Positions 1 through 9,440 of a DNA stretch of 64,000 nt are shown here, piece after piece. Source of the stretch: a virus. The stretch lies in IMG/VR virus record IMGVR_UViG_3300044825_001003, positions 1 to 64,000 of that record, one strand, 5' to 3'. Numbering within the stretch: the first letter of the stretch is position 1; each line of letters opens with the position of its first letter. The notes under the pieces were generated by a model. It ran no database searches. It was not told the origin of the DNA and was given only the letters and a program-made list of their open reading frames with translations. The translations under genes were made by a program, and so were the position numbers.

Positions 1-1524
1 CCACTTAGGTTCTTTGCCAGCCTCGCGCATGGCTTTCAGCGCTTCCGGGGCAGGACAAGGGCGCAGTACTCGGCCAACTGCTTGGCGGTAGATAAGGCCA
101 GAGCGAAACGGGCGAACCATGCAACCAACCTCGATTGTGGGGTCATCGTATCCTTCGAGGAATATGTTTGCTCCAGTGAGCGCAATGATATCCCCTCGTT
201 TGTGCATGTCGAAGATTTCCTTGCGCTCTTGCGTCGGTGTGCGAGACGATACGGGCATCGCTTTTACGCCCTGCTTATTTAGCTCTGACGCTAGATCTTC
301 AGCATGTTGAATGTCCAGAGTAAAGAAAAGTGCCTTCTTCCCTCCGGCGATCTCAATGTACTTCTGGACCACAAGCTCGTTTCGAGCCGGGGTATTGATC
401 TTCTTTTCTAGTTGCTTGTGATTGAAGTCGCCAGCCGTGATCTTTACGTCAGAGATATCAACCCGCGTCTCGACCCGATAAGCTTCGATATCGGCTAGAT
501 ACTTGTTCTGGATTCCCCAGCGGATGTCTCGGCTTCCGGTGATGTGGTTGTAGAACTCATCAAGACCTTTGTTGTCCGCTCGGTTTGGAGTTGCCGTCAG
601 GCCGAACAATACCTTGGAATTGTCGTTATAGTTATTGTCGCTTAAGTAAACGCCGAAGTATTTCAATACGTTGCGGTACGTGTCAGCGCTAGACCTGTGG
701 CAGTTATGGACTAGCACTCCGTTGGCGTAGTAGTTGTTGTTTCCTTCAACCTCGAAATTGTAGACGTGCCCATCAGGACATACCCCGCCGAACGTACCGT
801 CCGGTGTTTCTTTGTGAATCTTTAACCCGTTGACGTACACGAAATCGTCCGTAGGGTTTAATCCGTGTACTGTAAGGATCTCTCCCAATCTTAATTTGCT
901 AGCAGGGCGGTACTCGCCACAGGCGTAAAAAGGATGATCCTCGGTGCATGTAATCTTTCGTCCGTTGGACAAGTGTACTGTCATTAGCGATGAAGGCTTG
1001 CTCTTGAATAGCCTTACGACTGGACGCAGTTCTTCTTTCCCGGTTGCGTGATTAAATGAATTAACAATATCTCCAGGCTTAATGGATTCAATCGGCCTTC
1101 CGTCGATCATCGTCCCGGCAGCAAAACACTCATCGACCATGATTACGTCAAACGTATTCGGGTCGATTGTCTTTACTCGGTCACTAAAGATAGGCGTCCC
1201 GTCCGCTTCTTCCCTAGTCGATCCAATAGTCTGGATGCTGGCAACCACGACTTCAGATTCGGGAGTCGAGCGATACTCTGCCTTCTCCACGCTCACGTTG
1301 AGATTCGGATAGGACGCCTTGATCTTATCAACCGTTTGCCATACCAGCTCTTCTCGATTGACGATGATTAAGGCACGCTTCTTTCGGAGCTTGCCGACGA
1401 TGTGCGCCATTAGCACCGTCTTGCCGAGGCCAGTGGCCCAGACAATCAGGTTTCTATTCTTGCCAGCCATGATGTCTCGCTGGCATTTAATTAGATCTTC
1501 GAGTTGGTATGGACGGAGGTTCAT
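1..1524 (-). CDS. SF2 DExH-box helicase (ResIII/RadD-like) containing a mini-intein; 3' end outside the window
   Basis: Manual translation from ATG 1524: MNLRPYQ (Q motif), WATGLGKT (motif I), VIMVDE-[intein]-CH (motif II), GLTATP (motif III), FLEGYDDP (motif V), YRQAVGRVLR (motif VI). Absent from the ORF track because it runs off the window edge. Confidence 0.93.
   Translation of the reverse strand, partial: MNLRPYQLEDLIKCQRDIMAGKNRNLIVWATGLGKTVLMAHIVGKLRKKRALIIVNREELVWQTVDKIKASYPNLNVSVEKAEYRSTPESEVVVASIQTIGSTREEADGTPIFSDRVKTIDPNTFDVIMVDECFAAGTMIDGRPIESIKPGDIVNSFNHATGKEELRPVVRLFKSKPSSLMTVHLSNGRKITCTEDHPFYACGEYRPASKLRLGEILTVHGLNPTDDFVYVNGLKIHKETPDGTFGGVCPDGHVYNFEVEGNNNYYANGVLVHNCHRSSADTYRNVLKYFGVYLSDNNYNDNSKVLFGLTATPNRADNKGLDEFYNHITGSRDIRWGIQNKYLADIEAYRVETRVDISDVKITAGDFNHKQLEKKINTPARNELVVQKYIEIAGGKKALFFTLDIQHAEDLASELNKQGVKAMPVSSRTPTQERKEIFDMHKRGDIIALTGANIFLEGYDDPTIEVGCMVRPFRSGLIYRQAVGRVLRPCPAPEALKAMREAGKEPKW
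703..1128 (-). mobile_element. Mini-intein (142 aa, no homing endonuclease) inserted in the helicase DECH motif
   Basis: Begins CFAAGTMI (block A), contains ITCTEDHPF (block B TxxH), ends VYNFEVEGNNNYYANGVLVHN and is followed by Cys+1. Confidence 0.93.
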
Positions 1525-1682
1525 TCAGTGGGCTCCCAGGTCGGACAGTTGGCAAGGTCTTCGTAAATTCTCTCTGATATGCCGTTAAAGCTAAATGGCA
1601 ATTGAGGTAATGGGTATTGGCAGATGCCATCTTCATTCACTGGGATATAATACTTACAGTTTGCAAATTTTTTCTCATTCAT
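1521..1682 (-). CDS. Small Cys-rich hypothetical protein (paralogue of 1675..1896)
   Basis: MNEKKFANCKYY...GICQYPLPQLP...NCPTWE; ATGA overlap with the helicase start. Confidence 0.65.
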   Translation of the reverse strand: MNEKKFANCKYYIPVNEDGICQYPLPQLPFSFNGISERIYEDLANCPTWEPTE

Positions 1683-1896
1683 TTCTGTTCTCCCATACTG
1701 GGCAGTCCTCGTAATGGGGTTCAACCCACTCACGCTCAATAGCCGAACTATAAGGTACGCTAATTGGTAGCGGTGGCAGTGGGTAGTTACAGAACCCTTC
1801 CCTGAATGTCTTTGATCCCATTGATTGAAACCACTTGCAGGTTCCGCAAGTGCGTTGACTTTCTACCTTTTCCCCGGCGTCGGCAATATGGTTCAT
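1675..1896 (-). CDS. Small 4-Cys zinc-finger-like protein
   Basis: CGTCKWF...FCNYPLPPLP...DCPVWE; translationally coupled to its neighbours. Confidence 0.7.
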   Translation of the reverse strand: MNHIADAGEKVESQRTCGTCKWFQSMGSKTFREGFCNYPLPPLPISVPYSSAIEREWVEPHYEDCPVWENRNE

Positions 1897-2567
1897 CGGA
1901 TCACCAGATTCTGTTCCTGATAAGATTCAACACCGGGAATAGACAGCATGGCTCCCATGCTGCGGGCCTTGGCATCGAGCGCCTTCTGGTCGGGGATAAA
2001 ATATTCCCGGTAGCGAGGGTCTTTAATGGCGGCTTCCCATAGCTTGTCCATATCAGTGATCCGTGCTTTCCACGGAGACTTGCGAGTGCCTGCTGCCGAT
2101 TTAAGAGTAGGCTTCTGGATCACGGGAAGCTGGGGTTCGGGGGCATCATCGAACGGAGTCCACTCAGCCTGCGCCTTCTTGAACGCTTCAAGCTCCCGAG
2201 CCTGCTCTTCTTTAATTCGCTTATCCTCAGCCAGCTTCCATTCCAGGCAGCGCTTGCGTAGATTAGCCTTGGTAATCTCCGCAGGTTCCTTTAACTCTTT
2301 GATTAGTGCATTCAGGGATTTGACGGCAGTGTTCAGCGGCTCCTTGATGGAGGAGAACTTGCTGTCGATTCGGTTGATATAGCTATCCGCCTTACGGATA
2401 ATCGAGATAGCCATCTCGTTCTTGTCGTTGTCGGTGATCTCGAAGTCGAGGCAGGCGATAGGCTCAACCTCTTTCATGTCCTCTTCGATATCCGGCATGT
2501 CGATCTGCGGAACTAGTACCTCATTGATTCCAGATTTTTCCAGTATGTCCTGCATGTGTTCTCCCAT
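1893..2567 (-). CDS. Coiled-coil protein of the recombination module (Gp157/Gam-like, tentative)
   Basis: Helical and charged, ending in IPGVESYQEQ; lies next to the nuclease and ERF genes. Start uncertain. Confidence 0.55.
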   Translation of the reverse strand: MGEHMQDILEKSGINEVLVPQIDMPDIEEDMKEVEPIACLDFEITDNDKNEMAISIIRKADSYINRIDSKFSSIKEPLNTAVKSLNALIKELKEPAEITKANLRKRCLEWKLAEDKRIKEEQARELEAFKKAQAEWTPFDDAPEPQLPVIQKPTLKSAAGTRKSPWKARITDMDKLWEAAIKDPRYREYFIPDQKALDAKARSMGAMLSIPGVESYQEQNLVIR

Positions 2568-3088
2568 TCGATGAAGTCGTGTGGATCGTCGTAAGACTTG
2601 ATCTTGTAGTTCTTACGACCGGGGTTGATGTGAAGGCAGTAGCGCTTTACTGTCTCATACGTTAGCGGAAACCGCATCATGGCATAGGCTGCGGTCTGTA
2701 GTCTGGCAGACTCAGGTACGCTTGATCCGGTCTTGATGTCCATAATGAAGTCGGGTTCGATACCAGCCCTGTCAACCGTACCGCAGACTTCCAGGCACTC
2801 GTCGTACATGAAAAGCTCGATGTCTGTGAAAGTCGGCTGTACATCTCGAAGGTAGTTGCTGTACTGCTTTAGATACGTCGAGATGGTTTCGTCGAACCCG
2901 TCTTCAATTAGTACGCCTTTGTCTTTGTATTCCAGTAGGGAGTGGACCTCGCTCCCTACTGATGCCGCCGAAGCAGATTTACAGAACGGACTGACATACC
3001 CCATAGCGTCGAGGACTTGCGTTACCGATGGCTTAACAAGTCCGCCGACTCTATAGGTATGTGTGGACTGGTCGAAGCTAATTGCCAC
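2513..3088 (-). CDS. PD-(D/E)XK exonuclease
   Basis: PSVTQVL, GSEVH, CGTVDR, IMDIKTG and LQTAAY motifs. Confidence 0.85.
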   Translation of the reverse strand: MAISFDQSTHTYRVGGLVKPSVTQVLDAMGYVSPFCKSASAASVGSEVHSLLEYKDKGVLIEDGFDETISTYLKQYSNYLRDVQPTFTDIELFMYDECLEVCGTVDRAGIEPDFIMDIKTGSSVPESARLQTAAYAMMRFPLTYETVKRYCLHINPGRKNYKIKSYDDPHDFIEWENTCRTYWKNLESMRY

Positions 3089-4085
3089 GGCTGTTCATCA
3101 TGTCATCGAGTGAGATACCGAGTTCAGCCGCAGCCCGAGCTTCGTCGAAGATCGCTGGGTTAATCTGGTATTCCTTAAGGAACTTAATCATCGAGTCCCC
3201 GGTGTGGTAGTCCTTCATGGAGAACATCTTATCGAGAGTCTTCATGAGGACTGTCCCGTTCTGGAGGTTGTTAGCCTTGGCTACGATATTAGCCAGCTCC
3301 TCAATGTTTACGTTCGCAGGAGCCTGAGCTTCGGCTTGAGGCGCGTTCTTCTTCGTCCAGAGATCCCCAAACTTTACAGGGTCAGCCTTGAAAGACTCTT
3401 TCTCCTGCTCTCCGCGAGATACGTAGGCGATGATGTCCGTCAGCGGCTTGATGTACTCAGCCGATTCCTTGGGTGAACCGTTAGGCCACAGCCCCTTGAA
3501 GTATTGCTTCACGGTATTGATGTCGGCTCCGGTCAGTTCCATCAATTTATTCCGCAAAGTCTTGGCGTCTTCAGTAGGGTTCGACGGCTTCTGCTCCGCT
3601 TCAGGTTGAGGCTCGACGCCGAGAGCGGCCTTAGTCTGGCGAGGGGGAGCGGCTTGACGTTGCGGTTGCTGGCGAGTCTGGGTCACGCCGCTGCCAGCGT
3701 TGCCGTCGTCATCGACCTCCGACACCATTCCAAGCATAGCGCCGAGGGCATAGCGGCGAAGATAGGTGATCGTCGCGCCGATAGCCTGCGGCTTGCTATC
3801 ATTAGACCGCATGGCGAATTGAGACATCATCCACTGGCCGGAACTATGGATGATATACGTCTCGACCGCAGCCCCCGGCATATCGCCTTCGATTGGGGCA
3901 ACGGGTTGGAATACGGCAAGCCCATTCTCGGTCATCGCTGGTTTGATCGCGTCCATCAGAGAGGCGAGGTCAGCGTAGTGGTTCTTGAGGTGTGGATTGG
4001 TGGCGTTCTTTACCGCCGCCTCAATACCTGCCCATGCCTTAATCACTGCGGGCATGAGCTTATCGGTCTGTTCAGAGAAAAACAT
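3078..4085 (-). CDS. erf: ERF-family single-strand annealing protein
   Basis: KNATNPHLKNHYADL, IHSSGQW and QAIGATITYLRRYALGAMLG..DDDG are ERF signatures. Confidence 0.92.
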   Translation of the reverse strand: MFFSEQTDKLMPAVIKAWAGIEAAVKNATNPHLKNHYADLASLMDAIKPAMTENGLAVFQPVAPIEGDMPGAAVETYIIHSSGQWMMSQFAMRSNDSKPQAIGATITYLRRYALGAMLGMVSEVDDDGNAGSGVTQTRQQPQRQAAPPRQTKAALGVEPQPEAEQKPSNPTEDAKTLRNKLMELTGADINTVKQYFKGLWPNGSPKESAEYIKPLTDIIAYVSRGEQEKESFKADPVKFGDLWTKKNAPQAEAQAPANVNIEELANIVAKANNLQNGTVLMKTLDKMFSMKDYHTGDSMIKFLKEYQINPAIFDEARAAAELGISLDDMMNSRGN

Positions 4086-4093
4086 AATACTCC

Positions 4094-4285
4094 TTATTCT
4101 TTTACGTCAGGAAGGGGGCACCACTCAGGGAAGGCCCCGTACTCTTCATCGGGCGACTGAATGAGGCGACCGTTAAGGCCGCACTCACTCAGGTATTGGG
4201 TGTCGCTGTTCGGCGCAAGGATATGGGTTTCCTTGTTGCGTGGACAGCGAAAGCAGTTGTTGATTGCGATGGTTACCTGTTTCAT
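4094..4285 (-). CDS. Small Cys-rich protein (CxxCP...C...FPEWCPL)
   Basis: Start reassigned to ATG 4285 (MKQVTIAINNCFRCP), overlapping the upstream stop. Confidence 0.7.
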   Translation of the reverse strand: MKQVTIAINNCFRCPRNKETHILAPNSDTQYLSECGLNGRLIQSPDEEYGAFPEWCPLPDVKE

Positions 4286-4467
4286 TAGGCCACCTGTTCC
4301 AGTTCTTTGGCCGCAGACGCCTTGGTTTGCGCCTTTGCGTCCCAGGAGCGGGCGTCGGCCAGCAACCACCGAGCGACCCTGCGCTCGATGGTTGGGAGTC
4401 CATTCTTCCGCACCTTGTAGGTAGCGACCATGATAGCGATTACGGCGAGTCCGATTGCGACCTGCAT
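4285..4467 (-). CDS. Small membrane-anchored hypothetical protein
   Basis: N-terminal hydrophobic helix; TAATG coupling on both sides. Confidence 0.6.
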   Translation of the reverse strand: MQVAIGLAVIAIMVATYKVRKNGLPTIERRVARWLLADARSWDAKAQTKASAAKELEQVA

Positions 4468-5414
4468 TACTGCTTGCTCCCGGCGATAAGGGCTTCAAGG
4501 GCGTCAACCGCATCGCTGTCGTCGCTGATCTCGCCAGTCATGATCGCAAGCATGACACTGGACAGCTTCTGAAGTTCATCACTAATAGCCGGGGAGCCGA
4601 CCATGACCTCGAAGAACCCGTGAAGTTCATTCCAAGAGCGCTTGCTGTGATCCTTGCCCTCGGTCAGTTTGCGGATGATCTCCTTAACCTTCTTCTTCTT
4701 GGCGGGCTTCTCTTCGGCAGCGGGCTTCGCCTCTTCGGTTGCCTCTGCGGGGATGGCTTCAGTTCCGCCTTCGCCAACGGTCTCCTTGGCTTCCGGTTCG
4801 GCGGGCTCAGTGATCTCCTTGATTGCCTCGACCGCTTCCTTCTGCTTTTCCTCAGACATCTTTGAGATAGCGAGAGCGTCCGAGAACGTCATCTCCCCAT
4901 TGTGGACCTTGCTCTGGATCGTGTAGTCCAGGCTCAGGAGGTTGCGGTGCTGAGAGACCCAGGCGCTAGTGCGGCCAAAGAAGCTGGCGATCTGGGAGTC
5001 GGACTGGCCAAAGTTCTCGCTCATCCGGCGAATGGCGAGGGAGTAGTCCATGTGGGACAGTTCGTTCCGGTGGGCGTTCTCCGCGAGGTTGCGGAAGAAT
5101 ACGTCTCGCTCGTTACCGTCGAAGACGACAACCTTGATCTTCATGCGCTGGTCTTCGGGGAGCGAATCGTTAATCTGTTTAATGGCCTCGTAGCGACCAA
5201 ATCCGTAAGCCAGCCGCAGGGTGTTGCTCGGCTTGACGCGAACCGCGCCGACAGCTTCAAGCTGGCCGTACTGACTGATAGACTGGATAAGGGTCTTAAC
5301 GTCGCTCTGAGAGAAGCGATTGTTTGTGCCGTGATCGACAGAGATATCGTTCAGGTCAACGAGGAACTCCGCCCCACGTTCGGGCTTAACGGACGATGCA
5401 AACTTCAAAGACAT
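4467..5414 (-). CDS. ParB/Spo0J-like protein
   Basis: LIQSISQYGQLEAV, AYGFGRYEA, LAENAHRNELS, then an HTH (DSQIASFFGRTSAWVSQH); strong RBS AAAGGAGAAC. Confidence 0.85.
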   Translation of the reverse strand: MSLKFASSVKPERGAEFLVDLNDISVDHGTNNRFSQSDVKTLIQSISQYGQLEAVGAVRVKPSNTLRLAYGFGRYEAIKQINDSLPEDQRMKIKVVVFDGNERDVFFRNLAENAHRNELSHMDYSLAIRRMSENFGQSDSQIASFFGRTSAWVSQHRNLLSLDYTIQSKVHNGEMTFSDALAISKMSEEKQKEAVEAIKEITEPAEPEAKETVGEGGTEAIPAEATEEAKPAAEEKPAKKKKVKEIIRKLTEGKDHSKRSWNELHGFFEVMVGSPAISDELQKLSSVMLAIMTGEISDDSDAVDALEALIAGSKQ

Positions 5415-5455
5415 TGTGTGTTCTCCTTTAATTGAATCGCTGATGCGATACTAAA

Positions 5456-5484
5456 ATGCTACTATGGTGTTGAAGAATTTGCAA
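5456..5484 (-). promoter_or_regulatory. sigma70-like promoter for the ParB-ERF-helicase operon
   Basis: TTGCAA-17 nt-TAGCAT on the minus strand. Confidence 0.55.
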
Positions 5485-5501
5485 CCACAAATTGAGGCAG
5501 C

Positions 5502-5843
5502 ATGAAAGAAACGAACTACAGAGTTGCAGTGAGAGAACTGCTAAAGAGGGGATTGACCAAGACGCAGATCGTTAAAGAAATTGGGTGCGATCCGTCGTAT
5601 GGGTACAAGCTGGTGTGCCAAGAGTCGGCTAGGTCTGGCTTCTTGCCGCCTACCCCGGACAGGATAGATAAACTGGAAGAGAGAGTGCGGCAGCTTGAGA
5701 AGCTAATAGCCACGCTGGTTTCCATGAAGCGTTTCGGAGGTTCTGGGATTACTCAATCCCGACAAGAGACTCCAGAAGATCGACTTCGGAGACTGATTTC
5801 TGACAGCGAACGCCGAGGGCAAACGCCCGAAGAAGGGCAGTAG
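5502..5843 (+). CDS. HTH DNA-binding protein, the only plus-strand gene called in the left arm
   Basis: LLKRGLTKTQIVKEIGCDPSYGYKL HTH pattern followed by a coiled coil; RBS GAGG. Confidence 0.6.
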   Translation: MKETNYRVAVRELLKRGLTKTQIVKEIGCDPSYGYKLVCQESARSGFLPPTPDRIDKLEERVRQLEKLIATLVSMKRFGGSGITQSRQETPEDRLRRLISDSERRGQTPEEGQ

Positions 5844-6117
5844 AGACGATATCGAGCATGACGAGATTGGATTCTTTGGCGATTTCTTCCTCCGTCTTCC
5901 CTGCCCCGGCGTTACGAGAATCTAAAACCTGCTGAGCCAAGACCATGCTGAAGATAACTCCATCGGACAGCATGGCGATGACTTTCATATTGGAGGCGTC
6001 GTCGAGTAGGGCGGTCTTGAGTTCGGTGTCGATGTCCTTCCATGGCTCAAGGCTGCTTTTGTCGATTGTCTCTTCGATGGATTTGTAGATATTCTTGGAC
6101 GCCTTTGCGTATGTCAT
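5749..6117 (-). CDS. Hypothetical protein
   Basis: ORF with RBS AGGAGAAC inside the minus-strand operon. Confidence 0.65.
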   Translation of the reverse strand: MTYAKASKNIYKSIEETIDKSSLEPWKDIDTELKTALLDDASNMKVIAMLSDGVIFSMVLAQQVLDSRNAGAGKTEEEIAKESNLVMLDIVSTALLRAFALGVRCQKSVSEVDLLESLVGIE

Positions 6118-6131
6118 TTTGTTCCGTTCTC

Positions 6132-6374
6132 CTATTCGTTAAAGATCCAGGCCCATTTTATGCCGGGATTCTGGTTGAGTTCGTCGATCCAAGGATTGCC
6201 GCCGACGAAGTGTGCCGATGTTGTTCCTTGGATATCGTGTCCAACAAGTATAGCCCTTCCATCTGGATAAAGCAATACCACGCCAGCAGGAACCGATTGA
6301 TCCGGTCCCCAGGGGAGCGAAGAGACTGGATTGAACTGAAGATTTAACAGTCGCTCTTGCAGTCTTTCGCTCAC
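6132..6374 (-). CDS. Hypothetical protein (paralogue of 12095..12388)
   Basis: Shared M.ER...P...LPW...P.G.V...G...G...WAW pattern. Confidence 0.7.
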   Translation of the reverse strand: MSERLQERLLNLQFNPVSSLPWGPDQSVPAGVVLLYPDGRAILVGHDIQGTTSAHFVGGNPWIDELNQNPGIKWAWIFNE

Positions 6375-6375
6375 G

Positions 6376-6822
6376 TCAGTCTCCCGGCCTCTTTATCGAG
6401 GCTATGGCCGCAATATTCCGCATCGCTTTTGCATCGTTAAGCCACCCGTCTCGGACGAGGGAGAGACTGTCAGGAAGTTGATTAGCGCACATCTCGATTC
6501 CATCTGCCATTCCGAGAGTGTGCTTGAGCGACTCCATATCGAGCGAATGAAACCGCTTTTTAGGTTTCTCTTTAGCTTTAATTGAAACCGGATTGTTTTC
6601 AGCATCAAACAAGGTAGCCCAGCCATTTCTCTTTGCTTTATTCCTTGTGGTGATTACCACCGCGCCGTCTGGCCGTCTGGCCGAAACAGCGAAGGGGAGC
6701 TGGGAAGAGAACAGCTTTACCTCTGCAATTGGGGCAGCGGCAGCGAGAGCGATAGGCCGCTTATCTGCGCCAATATACATCTTCCCGTTGAAGTCTGCGA
6801 TTACGGTTACTCGGTACGACAT
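6376..6822 (-). CDS. Hypothetical protein
   Basis: Tightly packed ORF in the operon. Confidence 0.65.
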   Translation of the reverse strand: MSYRVTVIADFNGKMYIGADKRPIALAAAAPIAEVKLFSSQLPFAVSARRPDGAVVITTRNKAKRNGWATLFDAENNPVSIKAKEKPKKRFHSLDMESLKHTLGMADGIEMCANQLPDSLSLVRDGWLNDAKAMRNIAAIASIKRPGD

Positions 6823-7103
6823 TACAGCCCCCTCAGTTCGTCTTCAGTTTCATCTGCGGTAAGCAGCACGGCTGGCCCGCTGATTCCAATGCCGCTGACT
6901 GCGGTTGCCGTCCTATTGTATTCGGTGTATGAATTTGAGTACATGATTAGTCTTTTCTTGTTTTGCTTGTCTATGAATAAACTTTTTTGTACAAGATGAG
7001 GAAATGTTCCGAGTGCTATCTGCATCTGATAGTTGCGAGTACCGTTGTCGATGGATAGGTCGATGTGCGTAATGCCTTGATTTGCCCCAATAATTGTTGC
7101 CAT
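6822..7103 (-). CDS. Hypothetical protein (DUF3846-like C-terminus, tentative)
   Basis: YNRTATAV...ISGPAVLL; coupled to neighbours. Confidence 0.6.
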   Translation of the reverse strand: MATIIGANQGITHIDLSIDNGTRNYQMQIALGTFPHLVQKSLFIDKQNKKRLIMYSNSYTEYNRTATAVSGIGISGPAVLLTADETEDELRGL

Positions 7104-7105
7104 GA

Positions 7106-8062
7106 TTATCTCCCGTTAATTTGATTAAGCTCGTAAGAGCCGCGCACTCGCTCGATCTTCTCGTCGATGTCGTCCCAAGAATACGGGACGCGGTTACTGT
7201 CGTAGAAGACCCCGGCGTTAATCCCCTGTAGAGAGGCGGCGACTTCTTCTTCCATCTCGTTGGCATACAACTCGCTTAGGACTTTACGGCATGGGCGACA
7301 CAGGATCATGCCGTCACACTCGGGCGACTCTTCCAGCCAGTCCAGCGTATTGCAATACTCGCAGGTGTCCCACAGGTCAGAGCCATCCGCGTAAAAGCGT
7401 TCGTCATTCCAGATATATCCGCTATCGACCGTGTTCTCGGTTTGCTTTGCGGCAGCGGCGATCTGGCAACTACGAGTGTATCGGCTGCTATACTTCTTGC
7501 TGAAGTAAGACTCCCAACTCCAATCGCTGTTCTCGTAAAGAGAAAAGCTGTTGCTGTACCAGACGCCATCTTGCCACAGGCCACTGTTTTCATTAGCGAA
7601 GGAGATGTTGCCTTTGCTGTCTAGGAACGCCAGCTTGTTGCTCTTGCCGATATGCTCTTCGATCATGGTGACAACCTCTTTATCTTTGACCGCATCGCTA
7701 TCGACGCCGATCTCGCGGAGCCTCTTAGCGAAGTGCCACGTATCGGACATTAGCTTATTGCCGCACTCGATCTGAATGACGCCATTGTGCGCCATGTACA
7801 ACTGCTTAGTAATGCGGAACGGGTGGCAGTTGTCGATGTTCTTGGTGCCGTGCGTAGCCCAGCGATAGTGCAGGACGTAGGGGCTACCGTTAAGGTTGTC
7901 GAGCAATGGCTTCAGGGTATCGAAGCGCAATCCTTTATTGACGATGATCTCGGAGCCGTTGGATTGCATTAGCCCCCAGCCGTCAGAGTTATCTTTCCAG
8001 CCACGCTCGATAACGCCGCAAGTCGGAACCTTGCCGTCTCGGGATGCGATGATTAAACACAT
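7106..8062 (-). CDS. Class II (Ntn) glutamine amidotransferase, copy A
   Basis: MCLII (N-terminal Cys), NSDGWG, LHYRWATHG, NCHPF, AHNGV, SDT, WYSN; C-terminal CxxC...CxxC. Confidence 0.92.
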   Translation of the reverse strand: MCLIIASRDGKVPTCGVIERGWKDNSDGWGLMQSNGSEIIVNKGLRFDTLKPLLDNLNGSPYVLHYRWATHGTKNIDNCHPFRITKQLYMAHNGVIQIECGNKLMSDTWHFAKRLREIGVDSDAVKDKEVVTMIEEHIGKSNKLAFLDSKGNISFANENSGLWQDGVWYSNSFSLYENSDWSWESYFSKKYSSRYTRSCQIAAAAKQTENTVDSGYIWNDERFYADGSDLWDTCEYCNTLDWLEESPECDGMILCRPCRKVLSELYANEMEEEVAASLQGINAGVFYDSNRVPYSWDDIDEKIERVRGSYELNQINGR

Positions 8063-8077
8063 TGATTAGTCTCCTTG

Positions 8078-9418
8078 TTAGCGGTCAGAGCTGGTATCGC
8101 CAGCGTATTGGGGGTTGGGGTAGAAGTGGACGTTGTTCAGGTAGTCGTGAAGGTGCTTATAGTGCTTTCGATTACCGGAAACGAACTTAAGGAAAGAGGG
8201 GGTCGTTAAATCACGATAGCTGCGATCACGAGTGAAGTCAATGGTCGCCTTCACGAATTCAAGATTTTTCATGATCCGTTCTTTACGAAGGTTCCCGCGA
8301 AAGATGCGAAACTCGATAGTGTTCATGTTTTGCAGGTTAATCGCTTCATAGCGATCCTCACCGTATCGGCAGTTCCCTACCTTTTTAGCCGCATTGAGCC
8401 TGCCGTATTCATCGCAGGCGCGCTGTGCCACAGTCTTGATAAGCGACTCGTTAGCAGCGTCGTTAACGAACTGTACCATCTTCTGAATGTGCAGTTCGGT
8501 TAACGGTCGGCGGCTGACGTGGACATGAAAACCGCAGGTGCCGGAGTTGTGCGAAGAGATACCGCGAATCTTTTCATCCCAGTTCTCCAGCCACAGCTTA
8601 GTCACTTCTTCCCATGTATGGGGGTGGGTGACGATCTCAAACCCGCGCCCGATGCTGGAGTCGTTCTTGAAATATACCTGCTCGTCATTTTTATTGAGGC
8701 AGCTTGCTACCTCCTTGGCTTTTTCATTTATGTCGTAATCGGACTTAACGTAGACTTCCAGTTCGCAGCCGTAAAAGATTTTCTTCCGTCTGTCGGAGTC
8801 TTCTTTGAGTCCGAAAAAGCGTGGAGCTGGCTTAAAATTATATTCCTTGATTAGCTTGGTTTCTTTATTATCACAGTGTTGGCAAATGTAAACGTACTCG
8901 TCTTCGGCTTCGTCAAAAGACATATCATCGTTATGGTAAACGCCTTCACAGCGCTCGCAGGTGAAGTAGTCAGCCTCGTAACAGCCTCCGCAGATCATGC
9001 TCCCGAATCTGGTCGAGTAAATCTCATTGTCCCGTCTGGACATGCGCTCGTCGCAGTGGTCGCAGCGGAACGTGTACCTAACCACGCAGTTAGAGCAGAC
9101 TATATCTTTACCGTTAGCGATAGGCTCAGGTAATTTGCTGAGGTTCCTGGCCCCGTAAACCCCATTACAAGAAAGGCAGTTAGCTGTTTCTGCGTAGTCG
9201 TGATATTTGTTGTAGCACTCGGAACATACAGCCTCCACTCCCTTTAATTCGCCTGTTTCCGGATCACGCATGACCGCCGATCCGTAATCGCTATAAACCC
9301 TAAGCGTCATCCAGTCGTAGTCTGCTACGGCTGGCTTCTGGCAACAAGAACACTTGTAGGTGTATGGGATATGGCTCGTTCTTTGGTCGCTCATAGCGTC
9401 ATCACATGCTTGGCACAT
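8078..9418 (-). CDS. Amidoligase (COOH-NH2 ligase, glutamine-synthetase-like fold) with N-terminal Zn-ribbon repeats, copy A
   Basis: YGCELEV, KNDSSI..GFEIVTHP, CGFHVHV, RYEAIN, TIEFRIFRG; many CxxC pairs at the N-terminus; start set at ATG 9418 after AAAGGAGAAC. Confidence 0.9.
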   Translation of the reverse strand: MCQACDDAMSDQRTSHIPYTYKCSCCQKPAVADYDWMTLRVYSDYGSAVMRDPETGELKGVEAVCSECYNKYHDYAETANCLSCNGVYGARNLSKLPEPIANGKDIVCSNCVVRYTFRCDHCDERMSRRDNEIYSTRFGSMICGGCYEADYFTCERCEGVYHNDDMSFDEAEDEYVYICQHCDNKETKLIKEYNFKPAPRFFGLKEDSDRRKKIFYGCELEVYVKSDYDINEKAKEVASCLNKNDEQVYFKNDSSIGRGFEIVTHPHTWEEVTKLWLENWDEKIRGISSHNSGTCGFHVHVSRRPLTELHIQKMVQFVNDAANESLIKTVAQRACDEYGRLNAAKKVGNCRYGEDRYEAINLQNMNTIEFRIFRGNLRKERIMKNLEFVKATIDFTRDRSYRDLTTPSFLKFVSGNRKHYKHLHDYLNNVHFYPNPQYAGDTSSDR

Positions 9419-9440
9419 TCTCGTTCTCCTTTGGTTTGTG

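Noticed and set aside
82-1588. Plus-strand ORFs at the window start (and most antisense ORFs elsewhere in the track)
   Set aside because: Shadows of real genes on the opposite strand (here the helicase).
2513-3088. Cas4/CRISPR adaptation gene
   Set aside because: Lacks the four-Cys Fe-S cluster pattern; its context is the ERF recombination module.
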